Origin: a virus
Reading direction: 5' to 3' (one strand)
DNA length: 31,544 bases
Virus record (IMG/VR): IMGVR_UViG_3300018019_000438
Shown here: piece after piece, positions 17,987-27,053 of the stretch
How the letters are laid out: each line of letters starts with the position of its first letter
Numbering within the stretch: the first letter of the stretch is position 1
Notes under the pieces: model-generated
What the model was told of the DNA's origin: nothing
Databases searched by the model: none
Seen by the model: the letters and a program-made list of their open reading frames with translations, nothing else
Translations under genes and position numbers: made by a program

Positions 17987-19777
17987 TTATCCTCGATATA
18001 GACTTGCAACATTAGTTGAATTCACCGCATCAATATCCGTGCTTTCACCTTCTCCTGCATGCGAGTCCGGTGCTTCGGGCGGAAGTTCAGGCTCCCATGT
18101 GAGAATGGGCCCGCTAGGTTTCAAACTCTCAATGGTCTTAGGAAAGATCAGCGGGCGATAGTATTGCCAAGCCTGCGCGATGCAATCAGGAGCATCGTCT
18201 TTACGGCGCTTGGCATCAAGCGTCCATTTTTCAAATTGAGAGCGGACATCATCAATGAACCCGACATTGGAGTTGATAAAGACATGTCCGTCTTTCATGG
18301 CCGATGCCAATACCGCGATACGGACATTCTTTGCATTCAATTCGTTGTTCGGTAATTCCCATGTGATAGACTTGAACGGTTTATCGTTTGGCTTGGCAGT
18401 TCTTCGTACAGCTTCATTGATCTGATCTTCCAGCCAACGGACGCCCATGGCGTCTTCGATGCTATGGCCGACAATGGGCCCGAAATATTCCGCTGTCCGA
18501 TACAACTGAACGATGGCGTTTGAAACATCAGTACCATTGTTGTAGTGTGCCAGAACAACCTGCACAACCCACATTCTCATCGTGCTGTTCTGAAATACCG
18601 CGATAATGCCACAGGAATAATCTGATTCACTTTTCTTGCGTCGGCCAGTAAATGCAGATGCTAAATCCCAGTGAACAACAACTGAACGGTCATGCATGGG
18701 AATTTGCAGAAGATCGTTTGGAGATGTGATCTGTCTCTTCAGAATTGCTTCTGTGAATGACTTTGGCGTCTCGTCCAAAGACGCATCAAGCAAATATTGC
18801 TTGTAGAAATCAGAACGATTCCGGCGATAGCGTTTGAATAAGAAGTTTGCATTCAGCTTCTCAGGCCAAGTAAGATCGACATCATCAGGAGTAAGTTGGC
18901 CGTTCTTCTCTCTCTTTATCCGTTCTTCTATTTCTTTTGGCGTTCCATCTTTACGGAGCGTCCATGCGGGCAAAACAAAATAAGAAACTGTCTCACGTCC
19001 AGATTTCTCTTTGTCTTCCGCGCCTTTTCGACAGATGTAAGCGGGTAAATCTTCTTCATGCCATTTGGTGCCCAAAAACATCCGATATCCGCCCGGCTCA
19101 ACTAGCTCGTCAGTATCATCGTATGTGCCGTGGGTTTTTTCGCAATTCTCTAAATTGGACGAATTGATTTCGTTTGTCGCGTCGTCCAAAAACACAAGTT
19201 CATAGTGGCCTCCAGCTTTTACAGACTCAAAGCTGGCAAGGGAGATGGTTGGGTCTCGAAGGTCTAGTTCAGGGTTTCGCTTTGGAGTTGTGAACTCTTC
19301 AAGTTTGATATCTGATTCTTCAATCGCCCATTCAGGAAACAAATGCCGAATAACTTGATTGGAAAAGAATGGCTTTCGAGCCATTGCAAGGATGCTCTTA
19401 GCTTTATCAATTTTTCCTGACATGATGAGAATACGAATGTCAGGAGAACACAAAATAACTTGAGTTAGAAAGGCCGCTCCAATTGTAGATTTGAGCATGC
19501 CTCGGGAAGCCAATACTACAAACTCATCCCGTTCATCCCATTCAGAAGAATCTTTGTGAGGATCAGGCTGAAGGAACGAGTCAATAATTTTTCCATGAAC
19601 CTTTTCCAGAAGTGTTGGAAACTTCTTGGAGTTTGCAGGACGCAAAACGCAGTTAACCAGAAAACGCAAATCAGTCTGGATTCGAATTTTCACGTTGTCT
19701 TGTTCTTCCTTAGACAACTTCTGCACATCGGGCAGTGTCAATCGGAAGTTCAAGTCACCGAGATTTGAGATGCCCAC
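17987..19777 (-). CDS. terL: Terminase large subunit
   Basis: Walker A-like LASRGMLKST, Walker B LVFLDD, LGTKWHEED, nuclease motifs HWDLAS and KDDAPD. Confidence 0.9.
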   Translation of the reverse strand: MGISNLGDLNFRLTLPDVQKLSKEEQDNVKIRIQTDLRFLVNCVLRPANSKKFPTLLEKVHGKIIDSFLQPDPHKDSSEWDERDEFVVLASRGMLKSTIGAAFLTQVILCSPDIRILIMSGKIDKAKSILAMARKPFFSNQVIRHLFPEWAIEESDIKLEEFTTPKRNPELDLRDPTISLASFESVKAGGHYELVFLDDATNEINSSNLENCEKTHGTYDDTDELVEPGGYRMFLGTKWHEEDLPAYICRKGAEDKEKSGRETVSYFVLPAWTLRKDGTPKEIEERIKREKNGQLTPDDVDLTWPEKLNANFLFKRYRRNRSDFYKQYLLDASLDETPKSFTEAILKRQITSPNDLLQIPMHDRSVVVHWDLASAFTGRRKKSESDYSCGIIAVFQNSTMRMWVVQVVLAHYNNGTDVSNAIVQLYRTAEYFGPIVGHSIEDAMGVRWLEDQINEAVRRTAKPNDKPFKSITWELPNNELNAKNVRIAVLASAMKDGHVFINSNVGFIDDVRSQFEKWTLDAKRRKDDAPDCIAQAWQYYRPLIFPKTIESLKPSGPILTWEPELPPEAPDSHAGEGESTDIDAVNSTNVASLYRG

Positions 19778-19779
19778 GG

Positions 19780-20211
19780 TTATGCTTTCTTTTCTGCGAT
19801 ACCCTTTTCCGCTTTCTTGGAATCGTGTTTTTCGCCTTTGACTGGCGTGTTGCCGCCGCCCTGTCGAGTTTGCTGTCGTGCAACAAATACCTTGCGATAC
19901 TCGGAATTGCGGCCCTTGGATTTGTCTGCTGGAATTATTGTTTCACCCGCATGCGCGATAATTGGGACTGCTTCGCCTTTTTTACCCGGAACTTTTCCGC
20001 CGTGCTTGAAACTCATGGTGCCTTGAGCCGCAAGTTGTTGCATTCGGGCAGGAGTGAGTTTACCTGCGGCCTCGGCAGTTCCTTGCGCCGCTGCAAATTT
20101 TTGCTTTGCTTCGGGAGTTGCAAGACCGCCTGACTTTTCAAGGGCTGACATGGTTTTACCACGGGTTTGAGAAAGTGCAGCTTTTTCTTGCTCGGTGGGT
20201 TGATTCGGCAT
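19780..20211 (-). CDS. hypothetical phage protein (basic)
   Basis: 143 aa ORF tiling in the operon; FKHGGKV motif. Confidence 0.7.
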   Translation of the reverse strand: MPNQPTEQEKAALSQTRGKTMSALEKSGGLATPEAKQKFAAAQGTAEAAGKLTPARMQQLAAQGTMSFKHGGKVPGKKGEAVPIIAHAGETIIPADKSKGRNSEYRKVFVARQQTRQGGGNTPVKGEKHDSKKAEKGIAEKKA

Positions 20212-20213
20212 GA

Positions 20214-20552
20214 CTATACTCCCGGCTGCGGTGCGGTTGCAGCGGGTTGCGGCTCTGCAGGCTCAGCCTCCGCTTCACCTTCATTGGGCTCGCCAACATG
20301 CTCTTCAAGTCCATCGTGGACTCCATCAAGATCGGGCTTGGCATAGCTGACTTCTTCGCCGCCGCCCATTGGAGTATGACGCACGGTATGACCCGTTGAC
20401 TTACCCTTTTCATCGTAATGGTGTTCAATATGGGTATGTTTGTGCTTCGGTCGGGACTTCTTGGGTTTTGATTCCGACTTCGGGGCGGATTTCTCCGTCT
20501 TATCTTTGGCGAGGACATCCCCGACTTTTACTGTTTTAGGCTTATCTGCCAT
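20214..20552 (-). CDS. hypothetical phage protein
   Basis: 112 aa ORF tiling in the operon. Confidence 0.7.
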   Translation of the reverse strand: MADKPKTVKVGDVLAKDKTEKSAPKSESKPKKSRPKHKHTHIEHHYDEKGKSTGHTVRHTPMGGGEEVSYAKPDLDGVHDGLEEHVGEPNEGEAEAEPAEPQPAATAPQPGV

Positions 20553-20554
20553 TT

Positions 20555-20989
20555 TTATTTACCGTTCTTTCTAAGATATTCTACTGCGGCCAATAAAATA
20601 CTCTCATTATCTTTTGCATGACCCAACAAGAAATTACACGTAGAACAAAGAATTCCACGAATAACAATCTCGCCTGTTGTAACTTCTGCAAAATGATCGT
20701 GGTCAACACACCATTTTTTGGCATCTGGAATGCCGCAAATAGCACAACACCTGTTTTGAGATGCTAAAATGCGCTCTTTTTCTTCCAAACTTATGCCATA
20801 TAATTTCTTATACGCATATCGTCTTTGATAGAGTGGGTCTTTCATAAGGCGGTCCTTATGATACCGCTTGTCGTAAACTTTCTTCTCTTCGACATGCGCC
20901 GCCTTCCACTCTTTAGACTTTTTAGAAGCATACACAGGATGAGCAGATTGCCACTTTTTATTATAAATGGCCTTCTCTTCCTTTGTCAT
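20555..20989 (-). CDS. Endonuclease VII-family homing endonuclease (free-standing)
   Basis: YGISLEE...QNRCCAICG...VDHDH...IRGILCSTCN..LG.AKD...AAVEYL. Confidence 0.88.
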   Translation of the reverse strand: MTKEEKAIYNKKWQSAHPVYASKKSKEWKAAHVEEKKVYDKRYHKDRLMKDPLYQRRYAYKKLYGISLEEKERILASQNRCCAICGIPDAKKWCVDHDHFAEVTTGEIVIRGILCSTCNFLLGHAKDNESILLAAVEYLRKNGK

Positions 20990-20994
20990 TCAGC

Positions 20995-21258
20995 TTACCA
21001 GCGGCGTGATGCTGGTATAGTTGAAGCCTTGGACTGGTCATGCGATTCACCAGTTGCAGGCATGTTACCATCGCCATCTTGACGGGTAGGCTGATCTGGA
21101 CCAATACCGCTACCAAAACGGCTAGCGGCGCTAACCTTCTCGGCTTTCTTTTGGTCGTGATCTTCGCCGGTCACCGGAACGTTGCCCGCCTCATTCTCGC
21201 GGTAAACATTATCCGCTGTCGGCATGGGGTCTTTTGAATCTCGCTTGTTATAGGACAT
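20995..21258 (-). CDS. hypothetical protein with internal repeat (GNVPVTGEDHDQ / GNMPATGESHDQ)
   Basis: 87 aa ORF with AAGG SD. Confidence 0.7.
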   Translation of the reverse strand: MSYNKRDSKDPMPTADNVYRENEAGNVPVTGEDHDQKKAEKVSAASRFGSGIGPDQPTRQDGDGNMPATGESHDQSKASTIPASRRW

Positions 21259-21324
21259 TTCACTTTTCCTTCTGAAAAATTTTACTGCTTGATTTCGGTC
21301 CCCGAAGGCAACCGAGAAAACTTG

Positions 21325-21633
21325 TTAGTCCAAATAGATATACAGCGTACCAGATGCTAATGTAAGAACTTCAAAATCCTTCCATAGCAGGGGTTTCGCT
21401 GTAAAATCAAAAATTTGACTTTGGTTTGCTACTTCACATCGGCCTGTTAACCATGTCTGACCGCTGGCCGGGTCTTGAATGACAAAGGTATCGCCAATGT
21501 TGGTCGGATTTTCCCAGTATACTTTAATAATGCGTAACGTAATAAACGATCCCTGTGATGTGAGCACAGCCGATTTATATGCCGTTTGCGTTTGAGAGAT
21601 AACGATGGGATTGGTATTAAGACTGTTTGCCAT
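21325..21633 (-). CDS. hypothetical phage protein (possible structural)
   Basis: 102 aa beta-rich ORF. Confidence 0.7.
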   Translation of the reverse strand: MANSLNTNPIVISQTQTAYKSAVLTSQGSFITLRIIKVYWENPTNIGDTFVIQDPASGQTWLTGRCEVANQSQIFDFTAKPLLWKDFEVLTLASGTLYIYLD

Positions 21634-21775
21634 TTACTTTACCTGATTCCTTGAGCTTTTCTTGCGTTTCTTGGGGTTCATCTTTTCCGAAGATGGCATC
21701 CCACTTTGCCTGAGTGACTTTTGCTGGACCAAATGTCGCGCTTCGTGCGCCGCGAGCTAACGCATCTCCGCTCAT
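21617..21775 (-). CDS. small hypothetical protein
   Basis: MSGDAL...WDAIFG..., 52 aa, ATGA overlap with the upstream stop. Confidence 0.6.
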   Translation of the reverse strand: MSGDALARGARSATFGPAKVTQAKWDAIFGKDEPQETQEKLKESGKVNGKQS

Positions 21776-22920
21776 CCTCGTAATCCTCTCTTGTTTGCGA
21801 AATCGTGTTGAGCATTCAACCAACCGCTTGCTCCTCCGCCTGATGATGTCGCCGTAAAATTCACGCCTGTGTTATCCCCACTGTTAATTGTCTGAGAAGA
21901 GTTAGCAGGTGAAAAAGTATAACCTGTCTTTGATGGGGTAACAGTGCCAGTCCAAAGATTCGGCAATCCTGAGATAGCATAATTTCCTGAGCCATCGGCT
22001 ACCACACTTCCTGAAGTGGTTCCAGCGTAAGTAACTGTCGCCCCCGCCACTCCTGCACTTCCTGAAATGGTATAGGTGAGCGTATATGCAGAGGACGCCA
22101 CCGCACTGTTTACATAACCTGAAGCGATAGCAATTGCTTTGACGGTCAGAGAAGAATCTACTGTGAACGGTGTGTACGGTGTCGAGCCCGACGTAGGCGT
22201 ACTGCCATCCGTCGTATAATAAATTGAGTTGCCCGGTGTTGAACAAGTAATCGTGACATTCACACTGCCATCATACGCGCCCGCCGCAGGACTAATGACT
22301 GGAGTGGCGCATGTCGGCTCTCCTATGAAAACCGCTGCTGCGGCAGCCCATAGAGCCACGGCTCCGCTATACGACCCGCCAAAAGTATAGGAGTTTACGG
22401 AGGAGACAATCTGGTCGCACAGAAATGTATTTCCCCCGGCGTTGGCGTTTGTTTCATTACCAAATCCGCCAGTCGGAGTAAAAACTTGACCGTTGAGAGT
22501 TTCGTTTGAAACCCCGCCGATTAGAAGTGTGTTCGCATTGGGCGAAGTCGAAACAGAGCCAGAACTGACCGTATTGCCCGTTCCCGTTGCTGCATTCGTG
22601 TTACCCAAAACACTCGTCAAAGCGAGTCCAGAATATTCCCCAATGACAACCTGCCGTGCAATGGAAGCCGTCGTGTTAACCGTGTTTGCCCCGGACTTGC
22701 AGTTCGCGTAATAGAAAATCCCGACACCAAGAGTATCCGATGTCGCTTGATAGGCTGCTCTAGTCCACGAACCATTATTGGTATCCGCTACTGTATCAGT
22801 CACTAAGCAGCGCACCACGCAGACGAGGAGATTCCCTGCCGCATTATTGTTCGGGTAAGCAACGGAACCTGAGAGCCCGCCGCTATTGGCAAATTGATTT
22901 AGAACTGGTGATATACCCAT
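21772..22920 (-). CDS. Virion-like protein with chitobiase/beta-hexosaminidase C-terminal (Fn3-associated) and Ig-like domains
   Basis: ATPVISPAAG.Y...VTITCSTPGNSIYYTTDGSTPT...TVKAIA..SGY..SAVASSAY; Ser/Thr/Gly/Asn-rich. Confidence 0.72.
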   Translation of the reverse strand: MGISPVLNQFANSGGLSGSVAYPNNNAAGNLLVCVVRCLVTDTVADTNNGSWTRAAYQATSDTLGVGIFYYANCKSGANTVNTTASIARQVVIGEYSGLALTSVLGNTNAATGTGNTVSSGSVSTSPNANTLLIGGVSNETLNGQVFTPTGGFGNETNANAGGNTFLCDQIVSSVNSYTFGGSYSGAVALWAAAAAVFIGEPTCATPVISPAAGAYDGSVNVTITCSTPGNSIYYTTDGSTPTSGSTPYTPFTVDSSLTVKAIAIASGYVNSAVASSAYTLTYTISGSAGVAGATVTYAGTTSGSVVADGSGNYAISGLPNLWTGTVTPSKTGYTFSPANSSQTINSGDNTGVNFTATSSGGGASGWLNAQHDFANKRGLRG

Positions 22921-22930
22921 ATCTTGTCCT

Positions 22931-24679
22931 TTAAGATAGCCCTGCCGTCATTTGCAAAATGTATGTCGCCCCGGCTGCACTAGGCGTCCCCGTGAAAGTG
23001 AACGTTGCTCCCATTGTTGTGATCGAACTCGCAATCGGATTCGATATCGATGTTCCCGTGCCGCCCACTTGCTGCAAGCTAACGATGGGCGCAACCAAAA
23101 ATGGAGTGGGAAACACTATCGCCACAGTTGGACTAGCTCCTGGGGTGCCCGCCGTGGTGATGGTGAACTGAATTATTTTCGTGTTCCCACTAACGGATGA
23201 TACTCCATTCCCCGCCGCTCCTGTGGTCCCCCATCCAGTCCCCGGCGTAATATTTCCAGCAACTTGAACAGTGCCTGTAATTGAAGCATCTCCGAATATC
23301 GAACCAGAAATTGTTGGCGTTTGACCGAAGATGTTGCCTCCTAGGTCATAAAGGGAACCCGCGATGTTCAAGCCCGCTGCACTTCCAGTAACCACATTGT
23401 TCACATTCTGCAAAGAAAGTTGACCACCACTAGCTACCCAAATATTTGTAGAACTTGTTATTCCATTCAGAATTTCAACACCGGACAAGAACACCTCGGA
23501 TGTGCCGTCAACATAAATCCCTCCGGGAGTTGCCCCTCCAGTATTCGCTGCATTAATTCGAGTACCAAAAAAATTCACTCCCGTGGAACCGATGACACTA
23601 ACACCCGTGTGAGGATTGCTACCTGGTCCCCCACCCGTGCTCGTGATTAAGCCGCCAAAAATATTTACGTTCGTATTGTTCTCAAAAACTAAGCCCCACC
23701 CTCCAGTGTAGGCTAAAATTGGAGCATATATTTCTACCGAATCTGCGCCGTTTGCAATTGAGAGACAGTTTACTGGATTACCCAAACCACTACTAAATTG
23801 GGGTTGAATATTCAAATTATAGGCACGATTCTCCGTGTTCAAAGTCACGCATGACATATACGCAGGGCCAGAAAATCCCGCGATTTGAATATCAGAAAAA
23901 CAGGCATTACTCCCATATAACAAAGAAAGACCGCTGCCACTTTGACTTCCGAATCCCGCCCCTAAGCCCGTGACGCTAATCTGGGAAACGCGATTAAACA
24001 TATGAAAACCGTCGTAAGCCCCAGAGACGCCGGATACCACATCGTAAATCATCCCCGACCCGTGCATGGAACCAAAATTAAAACTTGGTGAGACTACAAA
24101 CACAGTCCCTGAACCATATCCTCCCTGTCCTTGAAGCCCAAATGCACCTATAGGACTTGCCGTAGAACCATTAGAATAATAAAAAGGCTGTGCAGAAACC
24201 AGCATTGCCCCCGAGGGCAAAAATAGCATTGCACCGCCCGCTGCTAGGCACGCCGCCCAAGCGGCTTGTAAAGCGGCAGTGTCATCCGTTCCGACGCACA
24301 AAGAACAATTGGACTGCGTGGCAGATGCATTCGCACTCGCTGTAGCTTGAGTTGAAGATTGAACTGAAAGAATTGTCCCTATTAATTTTGTCTGTCCCGT
24401 GCTCGGATAAACGGTATAAATCGTTTTTCCTACATCGGAAGCAGTGAAATTGATGGATGCTGATGTGACTGTTGGAGAATTGAGCGTAATAGAACCATCG
24501 CCAGTCCAACGAGTGTTTGCAGTAACACCAAAAGCCTGAGCAAAGACCCCGGGTTGGTTAGTCAAACCATTAAAATTTGTAGTTCCTATCGCAGAAGTTA
24601 AAGGTGTTTTTTGAAGCCCTTTGACTTCATCATTCCAAAATAAATTTTGTCCGTCTGTTCCAACAATAGTCGGCATCAA
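22931..24679 (-). CDS. Tailspike-like right-handed beta-helix (pectate lyase 3-like) protein
   Basis: GTDDTAALQAA...GG..LFLPSG..LVS entry motif, repetitive beta-helix-like strands, lectin-like C-terminus (IVFPTPF...P.V). Confidence 0.7.
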   Translation of the reverse strand: MMPTIVGTDGQNLFWNDEVKGLQKTPLTSAIGTTNFNGLTNQPGVFAQAFGVTANTRWTGDGSITLNSPTVTSASINFTASDVGKTIYTVYPSTGQTKLIGTILSVQSSTQATASANASATQSNCSLCVGTDDTAALQAAWAACLAAGGAMLFLPSGAMLVSAQPFYYSNGSTASPIGAFGLQGQGGYGSGTVFVVSPSFNFGSMHGSGMIYDVVSGVSGAYDGFHMFNRVSQISVTGLGAGFGSQSGSGLSLLYGSNACFSDIQIAGFSGPAYMSCVTLNTENRAYNLNIQPQFSSGLGNPVNCLSIANGADSVEIYAPILAYTGGWGLVFENNTNVNIFGGLITSTGGGPGSNPHTGVSVIGSTGVNFFGTRINAANTGGATPGGIYVDGTSEVFLSGVEILNGITSSTNIWVASGGQLSLQNVNNVVTGSAAGLNIAGSLYDLGGNIFGQTPTISGSIFGDASITGTVQVAGNITPGTGWGTTGAAGNGVSSVSGNTKIIQFTITTAGTPGASPTVAIVFPTPFLVAPIVSLQQVGGTGTSISNPIASSITTMGATFTFTGTPSAAGATYILQMTAGLS

Positions 24680-24685
24680 TCCTTC

Positions 24686-24850
24686 TTATTTTAGCGCGCG
24701 AGAAACTTTCGCCCCGCGACCGCAGTTATTGCACTCCCAGCCATGCAGGCCGTGAATCGTGCCCTTCTCACCTTTTGATTTTCCAGTGGGGGTTTTTGTT
24801 ACAGAACCTTGGCAGGCAGCACATGAATAGTTGTATCGCGTTGAATTCAT
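24686..24850 (-). CDS. small zinc-ribbon protein
   Basis: CAAC...CNNC, 54 aa from MNSTRY (ATGA overlap). Confidence 0.6.
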   Translation of the reverse strand: MNSTRYNYSCAACQGSVTKTPTGKSKGEKGTIHGLHGWECNNCGRGAKVSRALK

Positions 24851-25275
24851 TTCTTCTCCCCGAGATATTTTTCCAAATATGCTGCGGCCAATTTGCAAGT
24901 AACAGGATCATCCTGTAGAAGACCAAGAGCCATGTTGCATTTTCTATGAACTAATCCTCGATTCATTTCGGTAACATGGGAGTGATCTACAACCGCCTCC
25001 ATCCCTTTATCTTCCGAGAAAGGTTTCAAACATACTCCACAACAATTATTTTGAGCCGCGAGCATCGCAACAAACACTTCTGCGCTTATACCATATTTCC
25101 ACATTCTATAACGATCTGAATGATACCGTTTCTTTTCAGGACCGCCCATCAATCTTGCATATTTTAATCGGCCACAAACTCTACAAGAACGACGACGATG
25201 TTTATCCCAGCAAGTATTCTCAGGAGTAAATTCGTGCCCATGTTTACAATGAGTCTTCGTCCACTTATTTGCCAT
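24847..25275 (-). CDS. Endonuclease VII-family homing endonuclease with N-terminal THCKHGH..T..NT motif
   Basis: KYGIS...QNNCCGVC...VVDHSH...RGLVHRKCNMALG..DD; start moved to MANKW. Confidence 0.85.
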   Translation of the reverse strand: MANKWTKTHCKHGHEFTPENTCWDKHRRRSCRVCGRLKYARLMGGPEKKRYHSDRYRMWKYGISAEVFVAMLAAQNNCCGVCLKPFSEDKGMEAVVDHSHVTEMNRGLVHRKCNMALGLLQDDPVTCKLAAAYLEKYLGEKK

Positions 25276-26131
25276 TGCCGACTCGGGCAACATACTCACA
25301 GCAGGCGTTCGGATCAACCTTAATTCGGCCATCGGAAGTGCGCGGCTGCTTTGACTTCTTCAACATGTCATCCTGTCCGCAGGAATTATCCACAGATCGA
25401 AAAAATTCACAGTTAGCACAAGAGAATGGCCCCTTGTTCGCAGCGGGCTCGTATCCAGTTCCGGTCTCCCCTTGAACCGCAGATATGTCAATTTGTATGG
25501 AGTGATCGGATTCGGCTTCAGGATTAGACTTGAAAATCGGAATCGTGGTATACTCCGCGATCAGTGCAATGCCACCGGAGCTAATAATATCCGTCGTCTC
25601 GCCCAAATACTCATCGCTGTTCGCGCCGGTCTGCAGGTTCCACCAGTACATCACATTTGAAACGTGGGCAACAACCAAAACTTCGGGGTCTTCCGTGCTC
25701 TTTTCTTTTTCAATTATCTTTAGAAGGTCTTCGGCAAACTCGTGCTGACGATATTCAAACTCATTGATCGTTTCGCCATTTGGAAATCTTTTGTTCTTGT
25801 TGTCAAGAAATGGCTGAATAGGGTGATCTGCTTTGGATTGCCCTTTGAAATCGCCAACATTCAAAGGCAGAAGGCGATCATCAATTTCAATGAACTCGAC
25901 TCCAAGATACTCCGCGATAATAGCAGCAGTCAAGACTGCGCGTTGTAGAGGGGATGATATGATCTTTGAAAACGGCTGCTTCAGCTTCTGAAGAAACTTG
26001 CCTTCTTCATGAGCAGATCGAATACCATCTTCGTTGAGTTGGGCGTCAGGACCATCAGACCATCCGCGATAACGTCCCGATTCATTTAGGACAGTCTGAC
26101 CATGTCTTGCGATAAAAAAGAGACTGCGCAA
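25265..26131 (-). CDS. Histidine phosphatase (phosphoglycerate mutase family) with C-terminal Cys-rich domain
   Basis: IARHGQT, ISSPLQRA, FPNGET, VVAHVS; C-terminal CANC...C...CC; TTG start with AAGGA SD. Confidence 0.85.
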   Translation of the reverse strand: MRSLFFIARHGQTVLNESGRYRGWSDGPDAQLNEDGIRSAHEEGKFLQKLKQPFSKIISSPLQRAVLTAAIIAEYLGVEFIEIDDRLLPLNVGDFKGQSKADHPIQPFLDNKNKRFPNGETINEFEYRQHEFAEDLLKIIEKEKSTEDPEVLVVAHVSNVMYWWNLQTGANSDEYLGETTDIISSGGIALIAEYTTIPIFKSNPEAESDHSIQIDISAVQGETGTGYEPAANKGPFSCANCEFFRSVDNSCGQDDMLKKSKQPRTSDGRIKVDPNACCEYVARVGNGK

Positions 26132-26268
26132 AATGTTTTCCTTTGATTTGAAATTCGACCGTCCACTCCTCCATCAGATTTTAGCTGACTTCAACGGAGT
26201 GGACTAGGTCATGGATCACCTCACGAATGATCCTTGACTACGTGAGTTACGCATCGTAGTACCGCAAA

Positions 26269-26343
26269 TGGCAGGCAGTGAGAGATTCGAACTCCCAAGT
26301 TCCGTTTTGGAGACGGACAGTTTGCCGTTGAGCTTAACCGCCT
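26269..26343 (-). tRNA. tRNA-Trp(CCA)
   Basis: Cloverleaf, loop CTCCAAA, encoded CCA. Confidence 0.92.
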
Positions 26344-26464
26344 GTAGAAATTGTTCGCCGTGTTGCTCCCGGGTTCAATCGGGCCTCGGCGTGAAGCGCG
26401 GATTCCCTAGGACTACGCATCCCCTTGGCTTCCACTTATAGGGTGCGTACCGCTTGTACAAAAT

Positions 26465-26538
26465 TGGTGGACCGGCAGGGAATCAAACCCTGTTTTTTCG
26501 GGTGCAAACCGAACGTATTCTCAGCCTACTCCCAGCCC
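26465..26538 (-). tRNA. tRNA-Ala(TGC)
   Basis: Loop TTTGCAC, G3:U70 identity pair, CCA. Confidence 0.9.
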
Positions 26539-26542
26539 AATA

Positions 26543-26617
26543 TGGTTGCCTGTCTACGATTCGAACGTAGATTCACGGCTTCAGAGGCCGCTGTCCTTCC
26601 GGTTAAACGAACGGGCA
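26543..26617 (-). tRNA. tRNA-Gln(CTG)
   Basis: Loop CTCTGAA, U1:A72, CCA. Confidence 0.9.
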
Positions 26618-26693
26618 ATAGAAAATTGGCTGTCCCGATAGGGGCTTTACCCCACACTCGTTAGTCGCGGCATCAGCGAAGGCCAGTAGAAAA

Positions 26694-26785
26694 TGGAGGA
26701 AGGCCAGAGAATCGAACTCTGTCACCGGGTCTTAGCCGGTGGTACTGTTTTCAAGACAGTGAGGCACCATTGCCGACTGCCCTCC
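26694..26785 (-). tRNA. tRNA-Ser(TGA)
   Basis: Loop CTTGAAA, long variable arm, CCA; U73 and A8 are atypical. Confidence 0.85.
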
Positions 26786-26793
26786 ATCAAAAT

Positions 26794-27003
26794 TTATTCT
26801 TCGTCTACAATTATTACTGGATGCGGAAGATGAATCGGTTTTCCCAACAAGGCACCATGGGGTCCGACTTTCTGAAATAAATCGGCAGACCCGTCCTTGT
26901 ACACACACAAATGCCATCCTCGCGCTCTTTTGTAATTCAAAACAGGATAAACGTAAGTACCATCTTCCTGTTCTACAATCTCAATACAATGATTAGCAAT
27001 CAT
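26794..27003 (-). CDS. small hypothetical protein within the tRNA array
   Basis: 69 aa ORF with AAGGAG SD, fills the gap between two tRNAs. Confidence 0.65.
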   Translation of the reverse strand: MIANHCIEIVEQEDGTYVYPVLNYKRARGWHLCVYKDGSADLFQKVGPHGALLGKPIHLPHPVIIVDEE

Positions 27004-27053
27004 TTTACTCTCCTTTGCTCATCGAGCATGATATTCTAAGGCCCTACAAAAAA

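Noticed and set aside
17987-19777. Intein or intron in the terminase or portal genes
   Set aside because: Both ORFs are continuous, of ordinary length, and show no intein block motifs
19780-21258. One of the small ORFs upstream of terL as the terminase small subunit
   Set aside because: No HTH or other small-terminase signature is recognizable by eye; left as hypothetical
20555-25275. EndoVII ORFs as intron-encoded
   Set aside because: No group I core motifs flank them, and neighboring genes are intact and abut them within a few bases
31-26000. Numerous plus-strand ORFs (for example 502-1083, 5493-5975, 7295-7780, 12353-12730, 15145-15564, 19735-20133)
   Set aside because: They are antisense to well-supported minus-strand genes or exons and show no recognizable motifs
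26694-26785. Possible selenocysteine or suppressor tRNA suggesting genetic recoding
   Set aside because: Anticodon UGA reads Ser UCA. No CUA, UCA or UUA anticodon was found, and genes end normally at TAA, TGA and TAG
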